Assembly: GCA_963713975.1 (NCBI GenBank) | Contig: OY970218.1 | Span: 2,080,001-2,144,000, forward strand | Source of the DNA: an uncultured Chloroflexia bacterium | Lineage (GTDB): Bacteria; Chloroflexota; Limnocylindria; Limnocylindrales; CSP1-4 | Direction: 5' to 3' | Length of the DNA: 64,000 nucleotides | In this document: in pieces, positions 1 to 10,137 of the stretch | How positions within the stretch are numbered: position 1 is the first letter of the stretch | Layout: the number at the start of each line of letters is the position of its first letter | Position numbers and translations under genes: made by a program | Notes under the pieces: model-generated | What the model was told of the DNA's origin: nothing | Databases searched by the model: none | The model's input: the letters and a program-made list of their open reading frames with translations, nothing else

Positions 1-435
1 CGAGCGGTCCGCCATCGCACGCCGGGCCGCGGCGATGACCCACGGGAAGTACTGGAGGGAGCTGACCTCGAGGGTCACGGCCATGTCGTCGCGGAAGGTC
101 ATCGTGGCGGCCCGGTCGCCAAGGACATCGCGCCGGAAGTCCGCCACGCTGACGAACATGCCCCGCTCGCGCTGCTCGGTGAGCCACTCGAGATCCGCCA
201 GGTAGTCCGGCCGCGTGGAGCGCACCCGGTCCAGCAGGGCCGGGAGCTGCCCCGCGTCACGGGCCCGGCGATTGATCTCCTCCGGGGTGCCGTAGCGGGC
301 CACGACCTCCAGCAGGTCGTTGACGATCCGCGAATCCGGGTCCAGCAGGAACGCGTTGAGATCGTCGAGCCGGTTGCCGGGGATTGCCAGCCTGTCGCGC
401 GGGCCCGCGCCGGGCTCGGTGGGCATCGTCGTCAT
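1..435 (-). CDS. Hypothetical protein, runs off the window start (MTTMPTEPGAGPRDRLAIPGNRLDDLNAFLLDPDSRIVNDLLEVVARYGTPEEINRRAR...)
   Basis: Open frame from ATG at 435 to the window edge, GAGGAG RBS upstream, high GC3, directly downstream of panB on the same strand. Confidence 0.75.
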   Translation of the reverse strand, partial: MTTMPTEPGAGPRDRLAIPGNRLDDLNAFLLDPDSRIVNDLLEVVARYGTPEEINRRARDAGQLPALLDRVRSTRPDYLADLEWLTEQRERGMFVSVADFRRDVLGDRAATMTFRDDMAVTLEVSSLQYFPWVIAAARRAMADRS

Positions 436-478
436 GGTCGTCTCCTCGCCGGGATCGGGGGCGCCTGCGGGCGAAGGG

Positions 479-1333
479 TCAGTCGAGCAGGGTGAGCAGC
501 TCGTCGTATTCGTCGTCCTTCATGCCGAACCAGTTCGCGGGGGCGGGGAAGGTTCGCTCCGTGACCTCGCCCACGTACGCCGCGAGACCCTCCCGGATCA
601 CCGCTCCGGCGTCGGCGAAGACCTTGGCCATCCGGGGCGTGAACTTCGGGTACAGCCCGAACGCGTCGTGGTAGATCAGCAGCTGGCCGTGGGCGTCCGG
701 CCCGGATCCCAGGCCCATGACGATGGCCCCCTGGGCGCGATCCTTGATCAGGCCGCACAGGCGGTCCGGCACGAGCTCCAGGAGGATGCAGAAGGCGCCA
801 GCCTCTTCGAGGATCCGCGCGTCGTCCACGATCTTCTTCGCCTTCGCGGCGCTCTTGCCCTGCAGCCGGAACCCGCCGAGGGAGCCCGCGCTCTGGGGGG
901 TGAGCCCCAGGTGGCCGATGACCGGGATCCCCGCCCGCGCGATGCCGGCAATGCGGTCCGCCATCTCGGCGCCGCCCTCCAGCTTGACCGCGTCACACCC
1001 GGTCTCGGCCATGAACCGGCCGGCATTGCGGATCGCCGTCTCGACGCTGGGCTGGTAGCTCATGTACGGCATGTCGCCCACGATCCAGGCGTTGGGGGCT
1101 CCGCGCCGCACCGCCGCCGTGTGCCGGATCATGTCGTCCATCGTCACCGGCAGCGTGGAGTCGTACCCGAGCATCGTCATGCCCAGGCTGTCGCCCACGA
1201 GGATCATGTCGATGCCGGCCTGGTCCTGGAGATAGGCGGTCGGGTAGTCGTAGCAGGTCAGCCAGGTGATCGGCGTCCCCTGCGCCGCCTTCTCGATCAA
1301 CCCCGGCAGGGTCATCCGCTTCCGTTCGGTCAC
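479..1333 (-). CDS. panB: 3-methyl-2-oxobutanoate hydroxymethyltransferase
   Basis: Motifs LTCYD, ILVGDSLGM, GDMPYMSY, VKLEGG, GHLGLTPQ. GTG start chosen; TTG at 1354 is the alternative. Confidence 0.93.
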   Translation of the reverse strand: MTERKRMTLPGLIEKAAQGTPITWLTCYDYPTAYLQDQAGIDMILVGDSLGMTMLGYDSTLPVTMDDMIRHTAAVRRGAPNAWIVGDMPYMSYQPSVETAIRNAGRFMAETGCDAVKLEGGAEMADRIAGIARAGIPVIGHLGLTPQSAGSLGGFRLQGKSAAKAKKIVDDARILEEAGAFCILLELVPDRLCGLIKDRAQGAIVMGLGSGPDAHGQLLIYHDAFGLYPKFTPRMAKVFADAGAVIREGLAAYVGEVTERTFPAPANWFGMKDDEYDELLTLLD

Positions 1334-1466
1334 CGTGGTCTCCCGTGCTTCCAACGCTGTTCAGCCCGATGATCGTTTGCCGATGCCACCGGGCGGGATA
1401 GGGCCCTTGGGCCCGACATCTGGTGACCGCTCACGGTCCGGGTTCCGCGCTGCCGAGCAGCGGGCA

Positions 1467-2144
1467 TCAGGCCAGCCCGAGGGCGGCCCGCACCTCGGCC
1501 GGGATCGCCGTGAAGTCCGGCGCGACGGCCATGGCGCCCTCCGCCAGCAGCACCTCGCCGGGTTGCGAGGAGGTGATCCCCAGCACTGAACAACCGGCCG
1601 CTCGCCCGGCCTGCACACCGTTTCGTGCATCCTCGATCACGAGGCAGCGCGAGGCGGGCAGCCCCAGTCGTTCGACGGCGAGCAGGAACGTCTCTGGGTC
1701 CGGCTTCTTGTGCGTCACGTGCTCCGCCGAGATGAGGACATCGAAGGTCGACTCCGGGATGCCGATGGCGTCCAGGTTGCCGTTCAGCTTGGGTCGGTCG
1801 GAGCTGGTGGCAAGGGCCAGGCGCAGGCCGGCCGCCCGGGCCTCGGCGATGAAGGCGTGGATGCCCGCGATCGGCTGCAGGGCACCCGGGATCAGCTCCA
1901 GGTAGACCTCGTACGTCAGCGGCTTGTCGATGGCGAGGTCCACGGTCACGCCGTGACGCGCCGCCGCCCCGCTGATGAACCGGTCCTCGCCCGTGCCCAC
2001 GAACGGCAGGAAGTCCTCGCGTGTCGCGCTGATCCCGTAGCGCCGCCGGAGCGCCTCCGCGGCGGCCGCCGCGATGAACGGCTCGGAGTCGCAGAGCACG
2101 CCGTCCATGTCGAAGAGCAGGGCGTCGTAGGCTTGGGAGGGCAT
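1467..2144 (-). CDS. HAD-family phosphatase (beta-phosphoglucomutase/CbbY-like)
   Basis: FDMDGVL motif I, ATSS motif II, KKPDP, VIEDA motif IV. Confidence 0.9.
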   Translation of the reverse strand: MPSQAYDALLFDMDGVLCDSEPFIAAAAAEALRRRYGISATREDFLPFVGTGEDRFISGAAARHGVTVDLAIDKPLTYEVYLELIPGALQPIAGIHAFIAEARAAGLRLALATSSDRPKLNGNLDAIGIPESTFDVLISAEHVTHKKPDPETFLLAVERLGLPASRCLVIEDARNGVQAGRAAGCSVLGITSSQPGEVLLAEGAMAVAPDFTAIPAEVRAALGLA

Positions 2145-2219
2145 GCCGCGAACCTAGCACGGGCCTGTGATCCGCGGCACGCCGCAGGCGCACCAGCCCC
2201 AAGTCCGAAGGGAGAGCGA

Positions 2220-2846
2220 GTGGGACGAAGCCGTTCGCTGCTCGCAGCCGCCCTCGCCCTGGCCTTGGCGGCGTGCGGATCAGGCGCGGGATCCGCTGTC
2301 CCGTCCGGTCCCGGCGGGACCTCGGCGCCGGGCGCTCCCACGACGCCGCCGGAATCGACCGGCCTCGATGGCCGGCTGGCGGCGATCGATGACGCCATCA
2401 CCCGCTGGCAGGCTGCGCCCGCCCTGACCGAGGCGCGCGCGGCGGCCGAGGCGGCCCGCAACCTGGTCGTGGGACCGGACGGCCCGTACTACGGCGATGC
2501 CGATGGTGATGGCACGGTGGGCGGGGCGAGCGAGATCGGGCTCCTGCCGGGCGCCGGTGGCCTGCGCGGCCTGGCGACCGAGGCCGAAGGAGCGTGCGTG
2601 GTGCGGGACGTCCTGGGCGGCAGCTGGTCGGACCCGGCGGCACGATGGGCGACGCTGGACGCGGCGATCGAGGCATGGAGCCCGTCCAACAACACGTTCC
2701 CGGCGCTGCCGTCGCACCCCCAGCGCATCGTCGGCTGGTCCACGCTTGCGCTCGGCACGGACGACCTCGCCACGGCCCTGGAGTACAGCGGACACGCCCG
2801 GCTGCACATCGACATCTCGACGGCGGCCATCACGAACTGCCGCTGA
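2220..2846 (+). CDS. Putative lipoprotein
   Basis: GTG start after GGAGAG, signal peptide ending in lipobox LAAC, Pro/Ser/Thr-rich linker. Confidence 0.7.
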   Translation: MGRSRSLLAAALALALAACGSGAGSAVPSGPGGTSAPGAPTTPPESTGLDGRLAAIDDAITRWQAAPALTEARAAAEAARNLVVGPDGPYYGDADGDGTVGGASEIGLLPGAGGLRGLATEAEGACVVRDVLGGSWSDPAARWATLDAAIEAWSPSNNTFPALPSHPQRIVGWSTLALGTDDLATALEYSGHARLHIDISTAAITNCR

Positions 2847-2887
2847 ACGTCGGACCGGCTACGCGGGCAGGGCCGCGCTCGCCCGGG

Positions 2888-3337
2888 TCAGGCCGGCACG
2901 GGGCGGGAGCGCGGGAGCGCACCGACCTGGAGCATCAGGCCGACCTGGTCGGCGATCCCCCAGTGCTCGACCGCGATCCCGTCCTCGAAGCGCAGGATGT
3001 CGATCACGTCGACCTCCACGGGCAGGCCGCTCGGGGGATTGCCCATCACGGACCCGGTGTTGATGCCGCGGGCGCGGTTGCGCGTCCAGACGGTGTCCCC
3101 GCTGACGGCGAGATCCTGGACCGTGAGCGAGAAGTCGGACATCCAGCGGTGGAGCGTGCGCGATACCTCCTTCGCGCCCTCGCGGCCGCCATGGTTGCCA
3201 CGCTGGTGCTCGACGACGTCCTCGGCCATGAGATCGTCGAAGACGGACAGGTCGCCCTGCCCGATCCCGATCTCGACCAGGCGGCGGGTGCGGTCGGCGA
3301 GGTCGGCGGTCGCGTGGGGAGTCGCTTCGGTGGTCAT
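2888..3337 (-). CDS. SnoaL-like ester cyclase / NTF2-fold protein
   Basis: Pattern GDTVW...G.PPSG.PV.V..IDILRFEDG.AVEHW; AAGGAG RBS. Confidence 0.85.
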   Translation of the reverse strand: MTTEATPHATADLADRTRRLVEIGIGQGDLSVFDDLMAEDVVEHQRGNHGGREGAKEVSRTLHRWMSDFSLTVQDLAVSGDTVWTRNRARGINTGSVMGNPPSGLPVEVDVIDILRFEDGIAVEHWGIADQVGLMLQVGALPRSRPVPA

Positions 3338-3353
3338 TGGAACGCTCCTTCGT

Positions 3354-3391
3354 TAGAGTGGAACTCTATTCAGATAGAGTGATACTCTATC
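3354..3391. promoter_or_regulatory. Two palindromic TetR-type operators (TAGAGT-N3-ACTCTA)
   Basis: TAGAGTggaACTCTA at 3354-3368 and GATAGAGTgatACTCTATC at 3373-3391, between the divergent snoaL-like and tetR genes. Confidence 0.75.
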
Positions 3392-3394
3392 GAG

Positions 3395-4024
3395 ATGGAG
3401 GATGTCAAGCGCGGGTCCACACCGAGGCGGACGACCTTGCGCGACGAGCGGGCCCAGGTCACCCGGGAGCGCATCGCGGATGCCGCCCGCCGGCTCTTCG
3501 TCCGCGACGGCTACGCCGCGACCACCCTGACCGACATCGCGGCCGAGGCGGGCGTCGCCGTCCAGACCGTCTACGCGGTCTACGGCTCCAAGGCGGGCAT
3601 CCTGGGGGCGCTCCGCGAGTCAGCGATGGCCCAGCCCGACGCGGAGGCGCTGTACGCCGAGGCCATGGTCGAGCCGTCCGCCCGGCGCCGCATGGAGCTC
3701 TTCGCACGATCCATACGGCTGCGCTGGCAGGGTTCGGGCGACGTGGCGGCCATCCACCGGGATGCCGCGACCGCGGACGCCGGGATCCGCGCCGGGGTCG
3801 CGGTGACGCTGGAGCGTCGCCGAGGCGGCATCCGGGCGCTCGCAGAACGGTTGGGACCGGACCTGCGACGGGGGATCGATGTCGCGAGCGCGGCGGCGAT
3901 CCTCGATTCGCTGACCCTGCCGGAGGTGTACTCGGAGCTGGTGGACGTCCACGGCTGGGCACCCGATGCCTTCGAGGCGTGGCTCACCGCCGCCCTCGCG
4001 CGCGAGCTGCTGGGCGCGGACTGA
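3395..4024 (+). CDS. TetR/AcrR family transcriptional regulator
   Basis: N-terminal HTH (IADAARRLF..GYAATTLTDIAAEAGVAVQTVY..YGSK). Confidence 0.92.
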   Translation: MEDVKRGSTPRRTTLRDERAQVTRERIADAARRLFVRDGYAATTLTDIAAEAGVAVQTVYAVYGSKAGILGALRESAMAQPDAEALYAEAMVEPSARRRMELFARSIRLRWQGSGDVAAIHRDAATADAGIRAGVAVTLERRRGGIRALAERLGPDLRRGIDVASAAAILDSLTLPEVYSELVDVHGWAPDAFEAWLTAALARELLGAD

Positions 4025-4067
4025 CTCCAGCACTGGCACCGTCGCCGCGGACGGGTATGCTGCGTCC

Positions 4068-4529
4068 GTGGGTGATCAGGTGAGGCTATCCGGCGACGAT
4101 TGGGAGGCCCTCCTCCGCCTGCCGTTCGCCGCGTACTCCGCCGCCTCCCAGGCGGGCGAGGCGGCCGGCGCTGCGCAGTTCCGTCGATTCCACGAGGAGC
4201 TCGACGCCGGCCGGGCGGCGTTTGCCGAGGGGACCACGGGCGCTAGCCTCACCGACGCGCTGGCGGCGAACCCCGACACCCTGTGGTCCGCCTACCACGC
4301 GGAAGGTAAGTCGCCCGAGGATGCGGCCAAGCGGGGCATGAAGGTGCTGCGCAAGGTTCCCGAAGCCGAGTCGATCGCCATCCGGGACTGGCTGCTGCTG
4401 GTGGCCCTCCGCGTGGCCGCCGCCTACCGGGTGGTCGGTGAGGAGCCCGTCTCCCGGGACGAGGCCTACGCGATCCGCGATCTCGCCAAGTGGCTCGACC
4501 GCCCGCTCCCGGAGTTCGACCAGGCCTAG
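4068..4529 (+). CDS. Hypothetical protein
   Basis: High-GC3 ORF; GTG start 6 nt after TATGCT. Confidence 0.65.
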   Translation: MGDQVRLSGDDWEALLRLPFAAYSAASQAGEAAGAAQFRRFHEELDAGRAAFAEGTTGASLTDALAANPDTLWSAYHAEGKSPEDAAKRGMKVLRKVPEAESIAIRDWLLLVALRVAAAYRVVGEEPVSRDEAYAIRDLAKWLDRPLPEFDQA

Positions 4530-4685
4530 GACGGCCCGCTGCCCGGGTCGCGGCCGCTGGCGATCACCGACTGACACGGTCCCGGTCATCGGGCACCAAA
4601 CTCCCGTGCCATCTGACCTGCGGAGGCGATGGTCGCGTTCCATAGACTCCAACCCTGAGCTGGATCGAGGAAGGTTGGGGGTCCC

Positions 4686-6989
4686 ATGCGCCGTGCAGGC
4701 CTGCTGGTCGTGTTCGCCCTGGTTGTGAGCCTGCTGCCCACGGGGATCGGGGGATCGCCCGTGCCGGCCGCGATCGCAGCGGAGCCCACGGCTGAACCCG
4801 CGCCAACTGCGCAACCGGAGCCCACCGCGCAACTGGAGCCGACCGCGCGACCGGAGCCGACCGGAGTGCCCGGCCCCACCGTCGAACCGGTCCCGGTCCC
4901 CCAGGCCGAAGCTACGCCCGCTGTCGTCCCATCCGAGCCGGCGACGATGCCCACCGCTGCCAGCCCGGCGGTGACCCCGGAGCACTCTGGGCTACCGGAA
5001 CCCGGCGTGGGTGTCGCGCCCGACGGCAACCTGCGGCTTGAGGCGATCGACGAGCCCACCGTCACGTTCATCTACGCCCCGCCGAGCGAGCTTGTCGTGA
5101 ATAGGGAAGCGACGATCCAGGCGTGGTTGTACCCGAACGCCACTGGGGGTGACTTCGCACTGGAGATTGACGGCACCGTCGTCGACACCGCGCCCGCCGT
5201 GATTGGCTTCGTGGCGCTCCACTGGCGGCCAGCCGTCGTGGGTCCCGTCGTCATGACGGTCAGCTACAGCGGAGCTACCGGGCTTGCTCCATCCACGTCC
5301 GACCCGGTCAACGTCGCGATCGTGAGCCCCTATCCAACCAGGGTGGACGTGAGCGTCAGCCCGACCTACACGGTGGTCCGGAACACGCCGGCGCATCTGA
5401 CCGCAACCGTTGTCCCGGACCCGGGCGCCGGCACCGTCGACTTCTACGTGGACGGTGTCGTCGTGGGTTCGAGCGACCTCACCGACGGCTCGGCGACGTT
5501 TGACGTATCGATTGCGGATGTCGGCTACCACTCGATCGCGGCCCGGTTCAACGGCAACAGCAGCTGGTCCGCGAGGTCCGGCAATGCGCCGGCACGGCTG
5601 ATGGTGATCGGCGATCCGATCACCCTGGGCCTGTCAGTTGCGAGCGATCCCTTGCCGTCCGGGCCGGTAACGGTCAAGGCAGCCCTGGGTGCGGATCCCG
5701 GCGGTGGAACCATCTACTGGGAGATCGAGTACTCGGGGCTGTCCGGATCGGCTCCGGTCGGACCGGGCGGCGTGACCGAGCTCAGCCTCGGGACCTTCTC
5801 CGGCACCTACCTGCGGGTGCTCGCGAGCTTCGATGGCTATGGCACCTGGGGTCCTGCCAGCAGCACGCTTGCGTTCCAGGTGGGGATCAATACGAGCACG
5901 TCGATCACGAGCAATCGCTCCACGGCCGTCGCCGGCGAGCTGCCGGTCACGCTCACGGCAACGGTAGACGAGGCGGGCGACAACACGAGCGTGACCTTCC
6001 TCGATGACGTCGGCGGGAGCATCATCGAGCTCGGGCCGGTCCCCATCGACAGCGCCGGGACGGCGAAGCTGACGACCAGCGGCCTGCGGGTGGGCACGCA
6101 CTCGATCCGGGCGCGCTACAACGGCGACAACTGGCTCATGCCCTCGGTCAGTGAGCCGATCACCGTGACGATCGTTGCTGACACGTCGGTCCATGCAACC
6201 TTCAAGGCGTCGCTCGCCAAGCTGTATGCGCACAAGGACGGGTACCGGGACACAGTGTCCCTGGGTGGTGTCCTTGACGAGCGCGCATCCGTCACCGTGA
6301 AGGTCTACGCGAGCAGTGGCTCTCTCAAGAGGACGTGGAGCCTGGGCTGGAAGAACGCGGGCGCCTACGGCCTGTCGTGGAACGGCCGGACCTCGGGCGG
6401 CAAGGCGCTTCCGGCGGGCAAGTACACCGCCAAGGCGACCTTCAAGGACGTCAAGGGCCACCTCCGGACGATCACCGTCTCGACAGCGTTGAGCTGGCGC
6501 CAGGCGAAATGGGTCACGGCCACCACCGTCGTCAGGTACGGCGACCAGCTCAGCTACTTCGGGACCGACGGTAGCGGGCTCTACTACAGCGAGGACTACA
6601 GCCGCGGCGCCATCCTGGACGCAGGCTCGATGAGCCGCGACTGCGAGCCGTCATGCAACGAGATCTGGGGCACGGCCACATTCGGGCTGCGAAGCAAGAG
6701 CGTCCTCGATTACCGGCGCGTGGACGTCCAGGTCACCGGCCACGGCTTCACGGACCGGGAGCACTCGGGGACGGGCTACATCGTCAACCCGGCGACAGGC
6801 GGCTGGATGATGGAGCTGTCCCTGCCGGAGTACATCCAGTCGGGCGTCACCCACCACTACACGGTGTCGAAGTCGCAGATCAGCGCCGCCCGGAAGGTAA
6901 CGATCATCGTCTACTGCACCGAGATGTGGGGCGACGCGTTCGATCTCCACCACCTCAAGCTGACGTACCAGTACGCGGTCTGGAAGTAG
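4686..6989 (+). CDS. Secreted Ig-like repeat protein with FlgD-Ig-like module
   Basis: Signal peptide, EPTA-rich linker, several beta-rich Ig-like repeats (H.I.ARY.GD), FlgD-Ig-like WNGRT..G.ALPAGKY. Confidence 0.8.
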   Translation: MRRAGLLVVFALVVSLLPTGIGGSPVPAAIAAEPTAEPAPTAQPEPTAQLEPTARPEPTGVPGPTVEPVPVPQAEATPAVVPSEPATMPTAASPAVTPEHSGLPEPGVGVAPDGNLRLEAIDEPTVTFIYAPPSELVVNREATIQAWLYPNATGGDFALEIDGTVVDTAPAVIGFVALHWRPAVVGPVVMTVSYSGATGLAPSTSDPVNVAIVSPYPTRVDVSVSPTYTVVRNTPAHLTATVVPDPGAGTVDFYVDGVVVGSSDLTDGSATFDVSIADVGYHSIAARFNGNSSWSARSGNAPARLMVIGDPITLGLSVASDPLPSGPVTVKAALGADPGGGTIYWEIEYSGLSGSAPVGPGGVTELSLGTFSGTYLRVLASFDGYGTWGPASSTLAFQVGINTSTSITSNRSTAVAGELPVTLTATVDEAGDNTSVTFLDDVGGSIIELGPVPIDSAGTAKLTTSGLRVGTHSIRARYNGDNWLMPSVSEPITVTIVADTSVHATFKASLAKLYAHKDGYRDTVSLGGVLDERASVTVKVYASSGSLKRTWSLGWKNAGAYGLSWNGRTSGGKALPAGKYTAKATFKDVKGHLRTITVSTALSWRQAKWVTATTVVRYGDQLSYFGTDGSGLYYSEDYSRGAILDAGSMSRDCEPSCNEIWGTATFGLRSKSVLDYRRVDVQVTGHGFTDREHSGTGYIVNPATGGWMMELSLPEYIQSGVTHHYTVSKSQISAARKVTIIVYCTEMWGDAFDLHHLKLTYQYAVWK
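4781..4863 (+). repeat. Degenerate 18-bp coding repeat (EPTA[QR][PL])
   Basis: Units resembling GAGCC[C/G]ACCGCGC[A/G]ACCG encode the Pro/Thr linker. Confidence 0.6.
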
Positions 6990-7004
6990 CGTTGGCCCCG
7001 GACG

Positions 7005-9458
7005 TCACGCCCGGATGCGCTCGCCTTTGGGGTCATAGAGCGGCCGCAGTGACGGCGTGGCCGCGAAGCGCTCGTTCGCGATCTCCAGCTCGTAGCTGCC
7101 GCCCAGGACCCACTCGGGCGTCGCGGCTCCGGGCTCGCCGGCGCCCACGTAGCCCAGCGTGATCGACCGCCCCAGCGTGTGCCCGTACCAGCCGGAGCTC
7201 GTCTTGCCGACCAGCACGCCGTCGCGCCAGATGGGCTCGTTGCCATAGGCGAGGGGCCCCGGCTCGTCGAGCGCGAACACGACCAGGCGCCGCCGCAGTC
7301 CCTCGTTACGGAGCCGGAGCAGCGCGTCACGGCCGATGAAGCCGCCCGGCTTGTCCCAGGCGACCGCGAAGCCCAGCCCGCTTTCGAGCGGCGTGTCCTC
7401 GTCCGTGATGTCGTAGCCCCAGAAGCGGAACGCCTTCTCGAGCCGCAGCGAGTTGAGGGCGTGGTAGCCCGCGTGCCGCAGCCCGAGGCCGTCCGACGCG
7501 GCGATCAGCTCGTCGTAGACGTGCTGGGCCTGGTCCGAGGGCACGTGGAGCTCCCAGCCGAGCTCGCCCATGTAGGTCACCCGGAACGCCCAGGCGACCG
7601 TCAGCCCCATCTCGATCCGTCGCGCGGACATGTACGGGAAGGCGTCGTTGGAGAAGTCGGCTGGGGAGATCCGCGTTAGCAGCTCCCGTGATCGCGGCCC
7701 CTGCACATTGAGGACCGCCCAGCCCGCGGTCACGTCGGTGGCGGTGCAGCGCGCCTCCTTCGGGATGTGGCGCTCCGCCCACTCGAGGTCGCGCAGCTGG
7801 TCGGCCGCCGCGCTGAGGACCATGAACCGGGTCTCGTCGAGGCGGGTGACGGTCACGTCGCCCTCGATCCCGCCGCGCTCGTTGAGCCACTGGGTGTAGA
7901 CCACGCGGCCCGGCTCCACGGCGATGTCGTTGGCGGAGATCCGATTGAGGACCGCCTCGGCGTCCGGGCCCTGGACCAGCAGCTTGCCAAACGAGCTCTG
8001 GTCGAACACGCCCACCGCCTCTCGGACGGCCCGGTGCTCCCCGGCCGACGCCTCGAACCAGTTCTGGCGCCCCCAGCTGTACCGGTACTCGGCTTCCATG
8101 CCGGGGGTGGCGAACCAGTTGGCACGTTCCCAGCCGGCCGTCTCCCCGAAGCAGGCCCCGGCCGCGGCGAGCCGGTCGTGCAGGGGGCTCTTGCGCACGC
8201 CGCGGGCGGTCTCGACCTGGCGGAAGGGCCAGTGCATGTCGTACAGGAGGCCCAGCGTCTCGGTCGTCCGTTGCGCGAGGTAGCGGCGGTTGACCTGGAA
8301 GCCCATGAACCGCCGGATGTCCACCTCGGACAGGTCCATCGGCGGGTGGCCGTCCACGATCCAGTCCGCGACCGCCCGGCCCGCCCCCGGCCCGGACTGG
8401 AAGCCCACGGAGTTGAAACCGGCGGCCACGAAGTAGCCGGCCAGGCCCGGCGCCTCGCCCAGGATGTAGCGGTCATCGGGCGTGAAGCTCTCGGGGCCAT
8501 TGAAGAACAGCTTGATCCCGATGTCGTTGAGCAGCGGCAGGCGGCGGGCGGCCATCTCCACGAACGGACCAAGGTGGTCCCAGTCCTCGGGCAGGGTCCC
8601 AAAGGCGAAGTCCTCGGGGATCCCGTCGATCGCCCACGGCTTGGCACCGGGCTCGAAGAACCCGACCATGATCTTGCCCGTCTCCTCGCGGATGTAGGCC
8701 GTATCGTCGGGGCAGCGCAGGACCGGCAGGTCGGGCTGGAGGCCGTCCACCGGCTCGGTGACCAGGTAGAAGTGCTCGGCCGCCTGGAGCGGGATGTCCA
8801 CCCCGTTCTTCGCCCCCAGCTCGCGGGCCCACATCCCGGCGCAGTTGACGACGACCTCGCAGCCGATCTCGCCCGCCTCGGTCCGGACGCCGGTCACGCG
8901 GCCGCCCTTGGTCAGGACATCGGTGACCTTGGTGTGCTCGAAGACCTGGCCGCCGCGCAGCCGGAACGCCTTGGCGATGGCGAGCGTGGCGTCGGTCGGG
9001 TCGGCGATCCCGTCGGCCGGCAGGTATGCGGCGCCCACGATCTCCGACTCGTCCATCAGCGGCCACATCCGCTTCGCCTCGGCCGCGTCGATCGGCTGCA
9101 CGTCGAAGCCGCAGACCCGGCCCATGGAGATGCCGCGCTTGACCTCGGTCCAGCGCTCCTCGGTCCGCGCCACCAGGATGGAGCCGGTCGTCCGGAAGCC
9201 GGTGGACAGGCCGGTCTCGCGCTCGGCGTCCCGGAAGCACTCCTCCGCATAGGCCGCCAGCCGCGTCATGTTGTAGGTGGCCCGCAGCTTGGTCACCAGC
9301 CCGGCAGCGTGCCAGGTGGTGCCGCTGGTGAGCTGCTTGCGCTCGAGCAGGACGGTGTCGGTCCAGCCGCGCTTGGCGAGGTGGTAGGCGACGCTGACGC
9401 CGACGATCCCGCCGCCGATGACGACCACGCGAGCATGGGTGGGCAGCTGGGCGGTCAT
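7005..9458 (-). CDS. GcvT-family FAD-dependent oxidoreductase (dimethylglycine/sarcosine/4-methylaminobutanoate dehydrogenase-like)
   Basis: VVIGGGIVG, SGTTWHAAG, NGPESFTPD, C-terminal folate-binding GcvT domain (YMGELGWEL, SLRLEK); GAGGAG RBS before MTAQLP. Confidence 0.92.
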   Translation of the reverse strand: MTAQLPTHARVVVIGGGIVGVSVAYHLAKRGWTDTVLLERKQLTSGTTWHAAGLVTKLRATYNMTRLAAYAEECFRDAERETGLSTGFRTTGSILVARTEERWTEVKRGISMGRVCGFDVQPIDAAEAKRMWPLMDESEIVGAAYLPADGIADPTDATLAIAKAFRLRGGQVFEHTKVTDVLTKGGRVTGVRTEAGEIGCEVVVNCAGMWARELGAKNGVDIPLQAAEHFYLVTEPVDGLQPDLPVLRCPDDTAYIREETGKIMVGFFEPGAKPWAIDGIPEDFAFGTLPEDWDHLGPFVEMAARRLPLLNDIGIKLFFNGPESFTPDDRYILGEAPGLAGYFVAAGFNSVGFQSGPGAGRAVADWIVDGHPPMDLSEVDIRRFMGFQVNRRYLAQRTTETLGLLYDMHWPFRQVETARGVRKSPLHDRLAAAGACFGETAGWERANWFATPGMEAEYRYSWGRQNWFEASAGEHRAVREAVGVFDQSSFGKLLVQGPDAEAVLNRISANDIAVEPGRVVYTQWLNERGGIEGDVTVTRLDETRFMVLSAAADQLRDLEWAERHIPKEARCTATDVTAGWAVLNVQGPRSRELLTRISPADFSNDAFPYMSARRIEMGLTVAWAFRVTYMGELGWELHVPSDQAQHVYDELIAASDGLGLRHAGYHALNSLRLEKAFRFWGYDITDEDTPLESGLGFAVAWDKPGGFIGRDALLRLRNEGLRRRLVVFALDEPGPLAYGNEPIWRDGVLVGKTSSGWYGHTLGRSITLGYVGAGEPGAATPEWVLGGSYELEIANERFAATPSLRPLYDPKGERIRA

Positions 9459-9705
9459 CGGACTCCTCGCATCGGCTGGTCGGTCCCCGGTCGGGTGTGA
9501 TTGCGCCGAGTCTCCACCCGGGCGGCGGTCCCGGCTACGGCCGTTCCGCCTATCGAGCAGTGGCGACGGGCGGCTCCGTTGCACGCCGGGCCGCAGCTTC
9601 GTGGGCGACAGGCCGTCGATCCGCCGTTCGGCACTGGCGGCCCCAGGCACGGTAGGTGTTTGATCGGCGTGCGGGGCGGCCGAACCGCGCCGCAAGGAGG
9701 CGGCG

Positions 9706-9996
9706 ATGACGCAGGCGACGCTCACCCCTGGGGCAGCAGCACCAGAGGCTGAGCTCGAGGAGGAGTCCGGTCTGGTGGCCGGGCGGCCGATCGAGGACCG
9801 GAGCTTCGAGCTGGTGGAGGTGGCGGCCGGTGCCGCAGCGGGGCTCCTGATCGGGACCGCGGTGGCGGGACCCATTGGAACGGTGGTCGGGGGCGTCGCG
9901 GGCGCGGCAGCCGGCCTGTTCACCGGGGAGGCGGTCGAGCGTCACGCCGGGCGGGCAGCGACCACGACCAACGCCGCAGACGACGAGCCGCGTTAG
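9706..9996 (+). CDS. Small glycine-zipper membrane protein
   Basis: AAGGAGG RBS; GAAAGLLIGTAVAGPIGTVVGGVAGAAAG zipper. Confidence 0.65.
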   Translation: MTQATLTPGAAAPEAELEEESGLVAGRPIEDRSFELVEVAAGAAAGLLIGTAVAGPIGTVVGGVAGAAAGLFTGEAVERHAGRAATTTNAADDEPR

Positions 9997-10137
9997 CACC
10001 AGGCAGGCGCGGGTGCCGCCGCGCGCCGGCACCACCCATGCCCGACGGAGCATCATTCCGGCCAGTCCCCGGCCAGCCGTCGGACATCGCCGCATGCTCC
10101 ATCCTCGACCTGCCCACGGACCTGGAGGCCCCCGATC

